This document shows, piece after piece, positions 12,501 to 64,000 of a stretch of DNA of 64,000 bases. The notes below the pieces were generated by a model. That model did no database searches, was not told where the DNA came from, and worked only from the letters and a program-made list of their open reading frames with translations. The stretch spans positions 12,022,716 through 12,086,715 of the forward strand of contig CP154954.1 in assembly GCA_039621445.1 (NCBI GenBank). The letters run 5' to 3'. A program made the position numbers and the translations under genes. Each line of letters opens with the position of its first letter. The first letter of the stretch is position 1. Origin of the DNA: Euglena gracilis. Its lineage: Eukaryota.

Positions 12501-13718
12501 GGATAAGCTCTCCACCATTTGAGTTTCCCATTGGCCTTACTTCAAAAAATTGGACTTTTCTGCTGTGCATTTGGGTTTCCCATCGAAATTTCGGGCTGAA
12601 TTTCGGGCTGTCAAAGAAAAGAGGCACTTTGTGCAGAATTTCTGGGGGAACCCACCCTTCTGTTCGTGTGAGAGGTTTCATAAAATGCATGCAAGTCTAC
12701 AGAATCTTACTTTCAAAAAATAAGCAACAAAAAAAACTGAGAAATGTCCCCCGCCCTGAAGAAAAAAAACCGAGTCCACGACTCCCCTCCGTACGCCTCC
12801 CCTCCGTGGAAGTTCGCCTCACCAAATGAAAGGAAACAAAAGCAAAGGCACTTCCTGAAACAGCAAGAAATGCCAAAAGAGAAAAGGACAGGAGTGGACC
12901 CCTCCCTTAAACCAAATCCAAATTCCCAATTACTGATTCCAAAATTAAAAAAAGCCAAAAAGTCCACACCTTGGCTTTTGACCAAACATTCGCCAGACAA
13001 TTTTTTTCTGAGGCAATAAAATTTTGGCAAGCAATAAAGCTGCCCCACATGAGCTCCAGATCTCAAATGCGGAATCAACCTTCAACAAAACTTAAAACAT
13101 CAGAAAGCTACGTTGCCAAGAACCCATAAATATTTTTTTGTTCTTCCAGTGGAATGCTTGTGAGGAGAAAATGGTTATTGTAATATTTAATAAATATATA
13201 ATAATATAGATATTAAATATAGATATTATCATTAAGTTTACAAATATATTATATAAAAGAAACGTTAGTCCTGCCAACAAAAGAAATGTTTGTGTTCACT
13301 TGTGGGGGCAGTTCCCCTGTGTCCCCTGGCCCCTGACCTCCTGGCCCCCTGACCTCTCTGTGACCTTGGCAGTGGAGCAGTCGGCGTCTCCCGCCTCCTG
13401 TCGGGGTATCTGTGCAAAATAGCACTCAAAGCCCAAAAGATGAAAAACAAAATACAAGCGATGAAGTTCTCTTCAAAAAATGTAAGAAAAGGTGGAGAAT
13501 AGTCAACCCAAGGCATCTTGTGCATTTGCTTCCACATGAGCTCTTTGATGAGTTTCGATGGGATGGTGCTTAACTCATGAAGATTGTGCCAAGGGGGGGG
13601 TCCAGCCAGAACCTTTCTTCCAGCGAGCACCTTTCTCCAGCCGGCCCGCCCCCCCCCCCCCCGGGTCGTCGTTTGATAAACCCTTGTTTGAGAGAATTCT
13701 GAATGGTTGCCTGTCATG

Positions 13719-63990
<50,272 letters not shown>

Positions 63991-64000
63991 GGTGTGTGTG

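Noticed and set aside
10230-13420. Upstream exons or gene start (~10240, ~11825, ~12770, ~13340)
   Set aside because: The patches look coding-like, but I could not establish phase-consistent junctions.

Overview
Eukaryotic nuclear DNA, most consistent with a euglenid (Euglena-like) genome. Bases 1 to ~13,500 are mostly repeats: MITE-like elements, foldbacks, a 47-bp minisatellite and degenerate coding fragments. From ~13.7 kb to the window end, about 60 short GC-rich + strand exons join in frame into one very large protein (possibly two) with at least 8 IQ calmodulin-binding motifs, a B-box zinc finger and long Glu/Arg/Ala-rich helical stretches. Some introns are GT-AG, but many are euglenid-type nonconventional introns (N3-CAG/CGG ... 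CTG/CCG-N5-6|R) with base-paired ends. The main observation is a link between these introns and mobile DNA. The window contains non-autonomous elements with CAG...CTG terminal inverted repeats and exact 8-bp target-site duplications (TSDs; hAT-like). Several nonconventional introns are flanked by exact 8-bp direct repeats in the same register, with 3 nt plus 5 nt falling inside the intron, so splicing removes the element plus one TSD and restores the exon. The six-frame ORFs are almost all artefacts of repeats or exon-intron read-through. Exon boundaries were derived by hand; those marked ~ are approximate.
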